The notes under the pieces were generated by a model. It was not told the origin of the DNA. It was given only the letters and a program-made list of their open reading frames with translations, and did no database searches. From NCBI RefSeq assembly GCF_006345805.1, contig NC_043019.1, positions 13,019,360 through 13,083,359 of the forward strand: DNA of 64,000 nt, written 5' to 3'. Below, one piece after another: positions 24,607-37,818 of the stretch (position 1 is the stretch's first letter; each line of letters opens with the position of its first letter). Source of the stretch: Octopus sinensis (taxonomy: Eukaryota). Made by a program: the position numbers and the translations under genes.

Positions 24607-25849
24607 CATCTTCATGGGTTGGTCAACTTCACAGGAACTGGCAAGTTCCTGTGAGGCTGTACCAGATTCTTATAATTATCTCTTTTGGCTTGGTTTCTAC
24701 AGCTAGATGCTCTTCCTAACATCAGCCTCTTTACAGAGTGCACGGGGTGCTTTTTTTGCATGACACCATCACCTGTGCTTTTTATGTGGAACCAGCACCC
24801 ACACCTTGGTTTTAGGATATCAACTTTGTCGTGGCAGGCAGGTCTTCTTGAGTACAGTAATATCATCATCATCATCATTTAACATCCATGTTCCATATTG
24901 GTATGGGTTGGACTGCATTGTGTTCCTGTGTCTAACAGCATAGTTTCTACAGCTGGATGCCTTTCATGATGCCAGCCACATTACAGTGTGTACTGTGAAC
25001 ATTTTTTTTCATGCCAGTAGCACTAGCAAGGCTAGTCATAGAGTTAGCAAGACTATGAACACCAGGGGTGGGGGCGAGGGATAAAATCAAGGTAAGAGCA
25101 TGAGAGTAGGGGCCAGAGAACGGTTTTTTTTGTAAAGGACACCTACATGACTACTGAGAAGGTGGGAGTGACTGAGTGGAGCCAGAGAGTGATGAGGGAA
25201 GTGGAGGTGTAGGAGATGACTTATTATGCTGAGGAGATGGATGAGAAAGAGGGATAATGTTTGGTAGGGTTTCAGGAGAGGGTGGGGAAGAGAGATGGTG
25301 GTGGTGGGAAAGATTAGTTATTGACTCAGTGTGTGTGTGTGTATGAGTGATTAGCAATAGTAGAGATGTGTCATCGTACTTTCCCATCACACTCTTATTC
25401 CTTCAAGTTTCATTTTATTTCTTCTGATGTTTCATTTTCTTCACTCAACCATGTCTGTTGATGCTTCAAGGAAATGCACCCAGTACACTCTGTGAAGTGG
25501 CTGGCAATGAGAGGGTGTATCCAACCATAAAAACCAACCCAAATGAAAATATAAACTCCGGATCTTTGGGAACAATAGCTCTAAGAAAGAAACAACTCAG
25601 ACTTTGCTGACCCATCCAACCCGTGCCAGCATGGAAAACTGATGTAAAATGATTATTCTTTTATTCTTTTATTCGTTTCAGTCATATGACTGTGGCCATG
25701 CTGGAGCACCACCTTTAATCGAGCAAATCGATCCTAGGACTTATTCTTTGTAAGCCTAGTACTTATTCTGTTGGTCTCTTTTACTGAACTGCCAGGTTAT
25801 GGGGATGTAAAAGGAAGCTTAAACTGTTTTGAAGCAAAAAGAAAGCTTG

Positions 25850-26930
25850 GTAGGATTCAATACTTAAAATGTTGTTCATCGTGTGCAACTGACAAAGAAG
25901 CTATTTTGCTAACCATATAAGAATATATTTTATAATGTACAGAATTTGTATTTTTTTCTGTCTAAATGATTTTGAAGACTGCAGACTAAATGATAACAAG
26001 ATGGGGCAATGCCTGGAGAATATGGTGGGTAGGGCATTGTTTCCTATTCAAACTGCTCCAGCCTTTGAAATATCATCCTTGCTGTATGTAGCCTAGCATT
26101 CTCCTGTTGGAAGAACACCTTTGTCTTGTAACCAAAGATGGTCGTTTTTCTTCATGTGCTGACCCAAGCTACTCAAGCTACTCACAGTAGATCTCCTTTG
26201 TTATCATCTGGTTTGGATTTAAAAGTTCAAAGAGGACTAAACCTTTCATATCCCGCCAAACAGATAACAACACCTTACATGGATGAAGACCTTCTTTAGC
26301 CTGGGGTGCTGGTGTTTCTCCTTTCCCTACCCACTGTCTTCGGTGCTTGACATTTTTATAGAGAACCTATTTCTCATCACCAATCACTATTTAGTCCAAA
26401 AAAAGTTCATTTGTGAGATGTAACAGCAAAGAAGAGTGCACATTCACTCTGTGCCCAATTAAACTTAGAAAGTTTGTGAGGAACCTATTGACCCAATTTA
26501 CTGATTTTTCTGAAGGCATGCATGTGTCAATGAATGGTTGAATGACCAAATCCAAGCTTCTCTGCTGGTTCCAGTTACTATGGGATTTTGTTCCTCCAGG
26601 GTTTGCAGGACATCCCCGTCAAGCTCTACAGATCTTCCAGAATAAGGATCATCTTCTCGGCAGTAGTTTCCAGTTCAGAATTTCTAGAACCACTGTTAAC
26701 ACTGGTTTACACTTATTGTCTGATCTCCATATACTGCATTAATATTCCTTGCCCTTTCTGTTGTGTTGTTGCTTTATTGAACTCGTGAAGCAAAATATAC
26801 CGAATATGCTCCTTTGTCCCTTCCATTATAGCTTTGAAAGAATAACTCCTAAAATCGAACTGCACTCTTCAAAACTTGCACTAAGAATAAGGACAAGGTA
26901 AAATTACTACCTGCTTTTATAGCAAGTTGA
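25850..26930 (-). pseudogene. Degenerate mariner transposase
   Basis: Remnants of the WVPHKL motif (about 26470-26500) and PPYSPGIAP (about 26005-26035), with many stops and frameshifts. Confidence 0.7.
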
Positions 26931-29241
26931 TTTTTAGTTCATGGAATTAAAAAAAAGCCACATTATTTATGGGATGACCCAATATATAACACACACACAC
27001 ACATATATATATATATACATACACAAAATGTAAGTCTCATGTATGGAAGTGTCAGCCCTTGAATCACTTTGTAACTTCTGCTGATTAAAAATAATAATAA
27101 TAATAATAATAATCCTTTCTACTATAGGCACAAGGCCACAAATTTGTGGGGAGGGGACTGGTTGATCACATCGACCCTAGTGTTTCACTGGTACTTAATT
27201 TACCGACCCCTAAAGGATGAAAGGCAAAGTCAACGTTGGCGGAATTTGAACACAGAATGTAGCAATGGGCGAAATACTGCTAAGCATTTCATCCAGTACA
27301 CTATCAATTCTACCAGATTGCTGCCTTAATAATAATAATAATATATATCTTCGAAATCGATCAACATCAATGGAAATTGCAGCTGTGATACCAGTGCCGG
27401 TGGCACGTAAGTGAACCATCCGAATGTGGCCGTTGCCAGCGCTGCCCTGACTGGCCTCGTGCCGGTAGCACGTAAAAAGCACCATCCATTCGTGGCTGTT
27501 GCCAGCCTCGCCTGGCCCCCGTGCAGGTGGCACGTGAAAAGCACCATCCGATCATGGCCGTTTGCCAGCCTCGTCTGGCACCTGTGCCGGTGGCACATAA
27601 AAAGCACCCACTACACTCACGGAGTGGTTGGCATTAGGAAGGGCATCCAGCCGTAGAAACATTGCCAGATCAGACTGGGCCTGGTGCAGCCTTCTGGCTT
27701 CCCAGACCCCAGTTGAACCGTCCAATTCATGCTAGCATGGAAAGCGGATGCTAAACGATGATGATCATGATGATGATCTATATAATATAAGCAGGGTAAA
27801 ATCCAAGCAGGCTGTATCCTCTTGAAGCACATCTGCTTATTCTTCTATTACAATCTAGTATGTAGTTGTTGTTATTGTTGCACTGATGTATGGTACATAT
27901 TAAGAGTTGAAAGTTCTGGAAATATTCTTTGCAGAATATCATATAAAAAAACAGGAATTTGGAAAATTTTGTTGGTATTAGTTATTCATCATTATACGTT
28001 TCATTTGCTATGTGTAATATTGAATAAATAATGCTAAAAAATTTTCCAAATTCCTGCTTTGTTGAAATGTTAAGAAAGGATCTTCAGATGTTGGGCCTCA
28101 CAGAGGAGATAACAAGAGACCGAGACGTTTGGCAGTTTTCAATGCCTGAGAAGACACATCAAGTTAAATAAAATTGTGGCCATCCATACATACAAGTCTT
28201 CTATACATCCATGCCTCTCACTCCTCTCAGCTGAGAGATCCTTGCCTTGTGGGTTCATGGGTGCTAGTACCACATAAAAGCATCTGTGCCGGTACCACAT
28301 AAAGGCACCAATGTCTGTGCCACATAAAAGCACCTATGTTGGTGCCGGGTAAAAGCACCCATGTTGGTGCCACATAAAAGCACCTGTGTTGGTGCCATGT
28401 GATGGCACTCATGCTGAGGTGGTACAATAGTACCCATTCCAGTGCCGTGTACAAGCATCTGTACCAGTTTCGCATAAGAGCACGGTGCCGGTGCTATGTA
28501 AAAGCCTCTAGTATACTCTGTAAGGTGGTTGGCACCCAGCCATAAAAACCATGCCAAAACAGACTATCGGAACATGGGTAGTTATTCAGCTGACCAGCTC
28601 CTGTCAAACCATCCAACCCATACATGGAAAACAGATGTTAAATAATGATTATATATCATCATCATCATCATCATCGTTTAAATGTCCGTTTTCCGTGCTA
28701 GCACGGGTTGGATGGTTCAACTGGGGTCTGGGAAGCAAGAAGGCTGCACCAGGCCCAGTCTGATCAGGCAGTGTTTCTACAGCTTGATGCCCTTCCTAAC
28801 GCCAACTACTCCGCGAGTGTAGTGGGTGCTTTTTACGTGCCACCGGCACAGGTGCCAGGGGAGTCTGGCATCGGCCACAATCGGTTGGTGCTTTTAACGT
28901 GCCACCGGCACGGAAGCCAGCCAAGGCGGCGCTGGCATCGGCCACGTTCAGATGGTGCTTTTTATGTGCCACTGGCACAGAAGCCAGTCGAGGCGGTGCT
29001 GGCATCGGCCACGTTCGGATGGTGCTTTTTATGTGCCACCGGCACAGAAATATATATATATATATATATAGGCGCAGGAGTGGCTGTGTGGTAAATAGCT
29101 TGCTAACCAACCACATGGTTCCGGGTTCAGTCCCACTGCGTGGCATCTTGGGCAAGTGTCTTCTGCTATAGCCCCGGGCCGACCAATGCCTTGTGAGTGG
29201 ATTTGGTAGACGGAAACTGAAAGAAGCCTGTCGTATATATG

Positions 29242-29274
<33 letters not shown>

Positions 29275-29906
29275 CTGTGTTTGTCCCCCTAGCATTGCTT
29301 GACAACCGATGCTGGTGTGTTTACGTCCCTGTTACTTAGCGGTTCGGCAAAAGAGACCGATAGATAGGCTTACAAAGAATAAGTCCCGGGGTCGATTTGC
29401 TCGACTAAAAGGCGGTGCTCCAGCATGGCCGCAGTCAAATGACTGAAACAAGTAAAAGAGTAAAGAGTATATAAATATGAGAGAGAGAGAGATTCTCATG
29501 TTTTGAATTGTATTTTTCCGTTTGTATTGAAAGACCCTATACATGTACAGACATGGCTGTGTAATAAGATAATTGTTTCTCAACAACATGGTTCCAGGTT
29601 CACTCCCACTGGTTGGAACCTTGGGCAAATATCTTCTACGATGGCCCCAGGCCAACCAAAGCCTTGTGAGTGGATTTGGCAGATGAAAACTGAAAGGTGA
29701 CCATTGTATGTGTGTATGTGTGCTTTTGTGTTTGTTCCCCACCAGTCTTGGTTTGTTTACATCCCTGTAACTTGGCCGTTCAGTAAAATAGACCACTAGA
29801 ATTAGTACTGGGGCTGATTTGGTTGACTAAACTCTTCAAAGACAGAAGAAAGAAACTACATGATATACATACATACGTATAAATGCAAAGATGCATATAT
29901 ATATCA

Positions 29907-30215
29907 CCGTGATCACTGTGACCGACCAAGCTATCAGATGTTGCTACACATCGCTGGTCACAATGCGCTTCGTATTGTTTTAGCCTTCAAATGACGCCAC
30001 CCGGCTGGCTAAGCGAGCAGGCCAACAGAAGAAAGAGTGAGAGAAAATTGTGGCGAAAGAGTACAGCAGGGATCGCCACCACCCCCTGCCAGAGCCTCAG
30101 GGAGCTTTTAGGTGTTTTTGCTTTCTCAACACTCACAACGGCCGGTCTGGGAATCGAAACCACGATCCTACAACTGCGAGTCCACTGCCCTAACCACTGG
30201 GCCATTGCGCCTCCA
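29907..30215 (-). mobile_element. tRNA-derived SINE family C. Others at 34222-34530; same head with a different tail at 38062-38360 and 41570-41950
   Basis: Head GGAGGCGCAATGGCCCAGTGGTTAGGGC...GTTTCGATTCCCAGACC. Confidence 0.82.
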
Positions 30216-30231
30216 CACACACACACATATA

Positions 30232-30362
30232 CAGGGTGTCCCAAAAAAATGTATACACATAGTGGTTCGGCAAAAGAGAACGATAGAATAAGTACTAGGC
30301 TTACAAAGAATAACAAATTTACAATTATTTAAGGTGTGTATACATTTTTTTGGGACACTCTG
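30232..30362. mobile_element. Tc1/mariner-type MITE with an internal SINE fragment
   Basis: TA|CAGGGTGTCCCAAAAAAATGTATACAC...GTGTATACATTTTTTTGGGACACTCTG|TA. Confidence 0.8.
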
Positions 30363-31044
30363 TATATATATATGCATGCATGTGTGTATACTGTTGAACA
30401 TGCAGAACTCAGAATAACTAAATACAATGCAAAATGAAATGTCGTTAAATTTTCTACACAAACAATAACGGTTGGGGAGGGTGTGGTGTATATATTATCA
30501 TTATGACCATCATCATCATCATTCTCATTATATATGTATAAAAATATGTGTGTATGGATTTAACATTTATTTTATTTTTTTTGCTAGTATAAAATATATA
30601 TTTGATGTCGGTCCCTGACTAACCAATAAAACAATATACGCACATGCTTAAGGTATCAAGGGAAAGGAGAGAAAGATTACAGTATTTTTTAGTGACCCAT
30701 TTTACCATGTCCCATATGAGAAATTACAACGGTATTTTTTTTTAATGAATAAAAAAATGTGCTCCAAATTTGCATTTTATCCTGTAGCTCTAAATGTATA
30801 ATTGGATTATGTTATTTATTGCTATTACATGTTAAACAAATTAAATATATAAATAAATAAATATATAAATAAATAAATAGGCGCAGGAGTGGCTGTGTGG
30901 TAAGTAGCTTGCTAACCAGCCACATGGTTCCGGGTTCAGTCCCACTGCGTGGCACCTTGGGTAAGTGTCTTCTACTATAGCCTCAGGCCGACCAAAGCCT
31001 TGTGAGTGGATTTGATAGACAGAAACTGAAAGAAGCCCGTCGTA

Positions 31045-31082
<38 letters not shown>

Positions 31083-32287
31083 TGTGTGTGTTTGTGTGTC
31101 TGTGTTTGTCCCCCTAGCATTGCTTGACAACCGATGCTGGTGTGTTTATGTCCCCCGTTACTTAGCGGTTCGGCAAAAGAGACCGATAGAATAAGTACTG
31201 GGCTTACAAAAGAATAAGTCCCGGGGTCGAGTTGCTCGATTAAAGGCGGTGCTCCAGCATGGCCGCAGTCAAATGACTGAAACAAGTAAAAGAGTAAAGA
31301 ATAAAGAGTATAAAAAAAAAAAAACTGAAATGAACAAATCTCACATGCTTTGTAACCATGTGGTTTTGAGTTCAATTTAGTCCCACTGCAGGGCACCTTG
31401 GGCAAGTGTCTTCTATAATAGCTGCAAGCTGACCAATACTTTGTGAGGGAATTTGGTAGATGGAGAATGTGTGGAATATATATATGAGCATATGTGTGTG
31501 TGTATGTGTGTGTGTGTGTGTGTGCTCCCCTACTGCTTGACAACCAGTGTTGGTTTGTTTATGTTCCCATAACTTAGCAGTTTGGCAAAATAAACTAATA
31601 GAATAAGTATCAGAATTTTGAAGAAAAAAAAAAGCACGGGGGGGATCAATTTGTTGGATTAAACACTTCAGGGCATTGCCCCTACATGGTTGCAGTCCAA
31701 TGACTGAAACAAGGAAAATATAAAAGATACAAGAAAATGGTAGTGTGCTCTGATTTAAAAGATGGTTTAGAAGAAAAGCGAGTTTTATTATATTCAGTAC
31801 TTATGCTTTAATATTTTGTCATTTTAGATAATGTAAGTGTAAAGGTTATGATAAGCCTATCGGTTGACAAAGTGTTTCAAGGGTGGAGTCCAAGTGTTTA
31901 ATATAATTATGTTAATAGTTATCACTTCTGAAAGATTAACATTCTTACATATAATATATACATACATACATGCATGCATGCATACATACTTATCATTTAA
32001 GTATATATGAGCAAGTTTAGATATGCAAGCATATGAATGAGAAGGCGTATAAATCTACACGTATACATAGCTGCATATATACTAAAATACCCTGTTGTCG
32101 ATGTTGAGATTCCAATGAAGGAGCCTTGGATCTAGGTTAGAAACCAGCTCTTTCTCTGTTGGCAAGAAATCTTGAAATAAAACTGAATAATGACATACTA
32201 AGCCTGAAAGAGATGAGTCTCTGATAAAGGCTAGCATAACTTTAAGTTGTATGGAACTGAGTCAAATTGATTTAAATTACACACACA

Positions 32288-32329
<42 letters not shown>

Positions 32330-33855
32330 ACACACACACACACATACACACACACATATCTTTCATTCCTTTTTTTTTTACTTGCATCAGTCATTTGACC
32401 AGGGCCATGATGGAGCACTGCCTTTTAGTTGAGGAAATCGACCCCCGAACTTATTCTTTGTAAGCCTGAGACCTCTTTTGCTGAACTGCTAAGTTACGGG
32501 GACATAAACACACCAGCATCGGTTGTCAAGCAATAGTGGGGGGGGGGACAGACACAGGCACACACAAACACACACACACACTCACATATATACATGATGG
32601 GCTTCTTTCAGTTTCCATCTACCAGCATCGGTTGCCATGCGATGTTGTGGGGACAAACACAGACACACAAACACACACGCGCATATATATATATACATAT
32701 ATACGACGGGCTTCTTTCAGTTTCCGTCTACCAAATCCACTCACAAGGCTTTGGTTGGTCCGATGCTGTAGTAGAAGACACTTGCCCAAGGTACCACGCA
32801 GTGGGACTGAACCCAGAACCATGTGGTTGGGAAGCAAGCTTCTTATCACACAGTCACGCATGTATAACGTATGTGTATGTATGTAGATTAAAAGTTTCTG
32901 CTTTAGGATAATTATCCTTTATGTAATGTGCACGTGTGTGTGTGGGGGGGTACATGAGTGTGTGAGGGTGCACACACTATTTCTTTACCTATCATCTTTC
33001 ACTCACAAGACACTTCTTGACAACATATCTCCTCATTACTGTGCAATGAAATTAAAACCAAAGCTTACATAGTTGTGTAGTAAACTTCTTTACCACACAG
33101 CCAGCCTACATTAGGAATCACTATCAGTGTACTTTTTCTCATGTGACATCACTAATGAAAAAAAACAAAAAAAACAATGTCAAATATGAAATGAATGTTA
33201 TGACAGTGTCATTCTGGGGAGAATTATCCAAACAAAAGTTACTAATCCACTGAGAAATAATGCTTGGGAATGATATTGTTATTACCGTATAGCCCCTAGT
33301 TAGACCCTGGCTTGGGAGACATATGATCAAAAGATAAAACAGCTAGATCATTTTACCTTTGTTTTTTTTTTTGTTTTATTTTTAAGGCATGCATTCTCTG
33401 CCCCAGATTGTATTATTCACTGTTTTTTCTTTATTTAAAAATTTCAGGCGCATGAGTGGCCGTGTCGTAAGTAGCTTGCTTACCAACCACATAGTTCCGG
33501 GTTCAGTCCCACTGCATGGCACCTTGGGCAAGTGGCTTCTTCTATAGCCTCAGGCCGACCAAAGCCTTGTGAGTGGATTTGGTAGACGGAAACTGAAAAG
33601 AAGCCCGTCATATATATATGTATATGTATATATGTGTGTGTGTGTGTTTGTCTCCCCCAACATCGCTTGACAACCGATGCTGGTGTGTTTACGTCCCTGT
33701 AACTTAACAGTTCGGCAAAAGAGACCAATAGAATAAGTACTAGGCTTACAAAGAATAAGTCTTGGGGTCAATTTACTCGACTAAAGGCGGTACTCCAGCA
33801 TGGCCGCAGCCAAATGACTGAAACAAGTAAAAGAGTAAAAAAAAGGGTGTGTAAT

Positions 33856-34095
33856 TCAGTGATTCTCAACTGGGGTTCATATAAGATTTTGTTAAAAATT
33901 TATAGGCAATAAATTGGTTATACTTCTGAAATACACAAAAAAATTAGCAATTTTTTTTAATACAATTCCTAATAATATTTAATTATAAAAATATAATAGG
34001 ATTTTTTAACCATTGAATGGTTATAAGGGTCCATCTGAATAAAATAGGGATCAAAGGGGTCCATAGGTAAAAACTGGTTGAGAAACACTGGCATA
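33856..34095. mobile_element. hAT-like MITE; partial relative at about 24410-24530
   Basis: TIR CAGTG(A/T)TTCTCAAC...GTTGAGAAACACTG. Confidence 0.55.
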
Positions 34096-35208
34096 ATCTG
34101 AGGAAGATTTGGCTACTATATCTAGCAGGTCATACAACCTTGTACACCCCATCCTCTGCAATGTAGGTTTTCTCTAGGGCAGCTATGGACCAAAAAATCA
34201 TAATCTGGTATTTGTTTATCATTGTGATCACCGTGACCGACCAGGCTATCAGATGTTGCTACACATCACTGGTCACAATGTGCTTTGCATTGTTTTAGCC
34301 TTCAAATTATGCCACCCCACTGGCTAAGCGAGCAGGCCAACAGAAGAAAGAGTGAGAGAAAGTTGTGGCGGAAGAGTACAGCAGGGATCGCCACCAACCC
34401 CCGCTGGAGCCTCGTGGAGCTTTAGGTGTTTTCACTCAATATACACTCACAACGCCTGGCCTGAGAATCGAAACCACGATCCTATGACCATGAGTCTGCT
34501 GCCCTGACCACTGGGCCATTGCGCCTCCACTTTGTTTATATCTTTCATAAGTCAAAACAACTTAACAAAACTCACTACGGTTACTGTTGGTGGGTTAAAG
34601 AGTAGAGAAAGTAAAACAAATATCTGTGTAATTTATAAATAAATGTCATTTTCTTGGTACAGTCATGCACCTGACTAATTTGTTGTTTTGCTTTCTTTGA
34701 ACCAATTTGAATTAATGAAAATAGGAGTTTGACTTTGTGTGGTTCAAGATGTCATTGAAAACAAAACATTCGTTGCAGATTGTAAATAGTATGAAATAGG
34801 CTGTGGAATGGTGGAATCATAAGAGCAGTGGACAAAATGCTCTTCTCTGTGTAGTCTTTAACCCTTTTGTTACCACGTTTCTGTTGGAATACATTGCCTT
34901 TGTTTCAGGTAATGTTGAGAATAATAAAAAAGTTTAGTAAAACAGCTTTGTTGTTATTAAACTGGGGTTGGAACATAAATTGACATGAAATTTAGATGAA
35001 AAGCTTTATTTGGATTGTTTCAACATTTTTGTTACCATTTATTGGTTGAAAAAAAAAAACACTGCCTTTCCTCTTTGTCTCATTTAACACCATGATAATG
35101 TTTTTTTTTTTTTTATCAAGCAACTAGGTTGCATTGTAATCATCTCAACTGAGACCAGCAATTAGCACATGACAATGGTTCAGAGTATATTTACATCAAC
35201 TATTTTAA

Positions 35209-36950
35209 CCAGTTTGCGGCAGTGATTCATTTGGTTGCCTTTGCACTGCAACGGTAATCGCACTGATTGAGATTAGCACTCACTGTGAGATAACATTCGG
35301 CACACATTTACATCAACCGCTTTAGTGCAAATACAGTTTATCTACCCAAACTATGTCCCTGTGCAGGATGGTTATGTGGTATTATTCTTTTAAGGCGGTG
35401 AGCTGGCAGAAACGTTAGCACGCCGGGCGAAATGCGTAGCCGTATTTCATCTGTTGTTACGTTGCGAGTTCAAATTCCGCCGAGGTCGACCTTACCTTTC
35501 ATCCTTTCGGGGTCGATTAAATAAGTACCAGTTACGCACTGGGGTCGATGTAATCAACTTAATACCTATGTCTGTCCTTGTTTGTCCCCTCTGTGTTTAG
35601 CCCCTTGTGGGTAATAATGAAATAGGTATTATTCTTGAATAAGGTCACTGACCGCACAAGTCAGATCAACTTCATGTATTTACAATCACGTGAATTCAAA
35701 AATTAACTTTAGTGTGGTAGAGTTCAATACAGGTGTCACACACTGTGGCATATCACATTGTGAACAATAGTATGTAGTTTGCTTACATTTCTCTTTTGCT
35801 TTACATACTGTGCGTCTCTTTGAAGCATTTGTCTTCTTGGTTGTGGGGGGAAGCAGTTGTGGAAAATATCCATGTCCCTTACTGTGCGATGAGGAGAGAG
35901 TCCGGCCTGTGGATGTCCTTATGTTCTGTACTTTGGCAGGTCTGATGTTCTATCATTTCGTGGAACAATAGATTCCTGAATGTCAATCCATCCTCCACAC
36001 CGCCAAGCATCTGCCAAACCAAATGTGAGTTCATGACACACATGTCAACAATATACAAGAAAATTTTTTTGTACTATTTCACAAATTTTCTCACCAATTT
36101 GTGTGTCATTGCCATCTGATCTGAGCAATTGACCCCACCTGTCTTTTCATTGTATAAAATAACCACACTCGGTTTCATTATGTCATTATCATCCACATCT
36201 TGTTTCCTAGTGTCCTTCGTTCTTGCAGAATGTAGTGTGGATATCATGCAGACATTTTTCTTGTCACACTACACTAAAGTGAGAATGCCACTATCGGTGC
36301 ATTGATACATTCCTTCTTACTTTCAAAATTTTATCTTGTGTAGATTGGGTGGCATGTTTTTCCTGTGCGTCCTCACAGTCCCACAGGCATTAGTCCTCCT
36401 CACCTGCAGCTTCAGGAAGAGTTCTGGACTGGAAAACCAGTTATTCATATAAATATTGTAGCCTTTGTCAAACAAGTTTTTATTCAGCAACAACATGACA
36501 TCAGTTGATGCTAGAGTAGATGCTGGAAGATCGAATCTGTCTTGATCAGTGTAGATTTTGTAATTCCACATGTACCCACAGGCTCTGTCAGTTGACTGGC
36601 ATACATTATAAACCTTGATTCCAAAGCAGATACATTTGGTTTGGTTGTGTTGTTTGAATTGGAGCCTTTCCTTGAATTTCCACAAACTCTCATCTATAAA
36701 TAATATCTTGTGTGGGGACATACACTGTTCCAGAATTTTCAGTCACTTTATCAATGATAGGCCTATTTTGTGCAGCCTGTCATCCTGGTTCTCACCTGAG
36801 CTGAAATGTAGATTTCAAAGAAGCACCAAAATTCAATCACCTGGCATTGTTTCTGGAAAGAAAGGTGTCGACGTGGCTGGACCCCATATTTTGGTGACTT
36901 TGATACAGTTGGATTGATATCGGTATGCTTAATTGATACTGAAGAATATC
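35209..36950 (-). pseudogene. Degenerate piggyBac element/transposase, interrupted by a SINE at 35393-35628
   Basis: IDESL..FK.R..FKQ...K...FGIK, NWFSSPELF, ACGTVR..RK; Cys-rich tail at about 35720-35820; TTAA|CC terminus at 35205-35210. Confidence 0.82.
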
Positions 36951-37787
36951 CCTTGATTATGGATAATGTTTACCTTTGTTTTTATTTCATTTTTGTTTTT
37001 TCTCTGAAAGTACAAATGGGATGTTTCATGTGAATTCACAAATATATAATATTTGCATAATATTGTACCTAGTTCTATTTCTATTTTTTTTGCTGGTTGT
37101 CATTATTTTTTACGGTTAATAGTTTGACCATAAAATGAACTTATTTCTTTTCAGTTAGGCAAGCCTGAAGTGAGCTGACCTAAGGTGATACATTTTGTGA
37201 TACAATACAACCCTAGAAAGGTTTGAACTTATGTGATCAGTAGTCAAGCTACTTAGTCTCACTTGCATCAAGTCTCACAACACCGAGATGCAAAATCTCA
37301 CAATCACTGGCTACTTAATTCTTGCAATCTATTTATATATATATAGTAAAATGACCCCCTTTGGTTATGAATGACCATGGGATTGCACCTAGAAAGTTTC
37401 CCTCCAAGGCACAAATCCAGTCAAGGTCGTTTATGGAAAACCAGCAACCATCCATGCTTATCAGTCTCCCCTTTCCACACCACTGAGAAGGCAAAGGCTG
37501 ATACAGCTTGGCACCAGTGAAGTAGAGCAATGTGAAATAAAGTGTCTTGCTCAAGAACACAATACACAACCCAGTTCATGAATTGAACTCACTACCTCAC
37601 GATTGTAAGCCTAACACTCTAACCACTGAACCTTGTGCATTCACAGCATGCAGTCATATATGTATATATATATATATATATAGGCTTGAAACGTTAAAGA
37701 CTTTTTCACTTCCCGAGCGTTATACTAATACATCTGTTTGTTGTCTACACCACCTGTCTTCGTCTTGTGTTTTTTATGAATTCTCCC

Positions 37788-37818
<31 letters not shown>

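Noticed and set aside
32105-32160. HHR-like CCAATGA...GAAACCAGCTC
   Set aside because: The core and stems I and III are too degenerate to support.
36323-36721. Domesticated piggyBac-derived gene
   Set aside because: Frameshifts, stops, a D-to-N change in the DNWF motif and a SINE insertion indicate a decayed relic.
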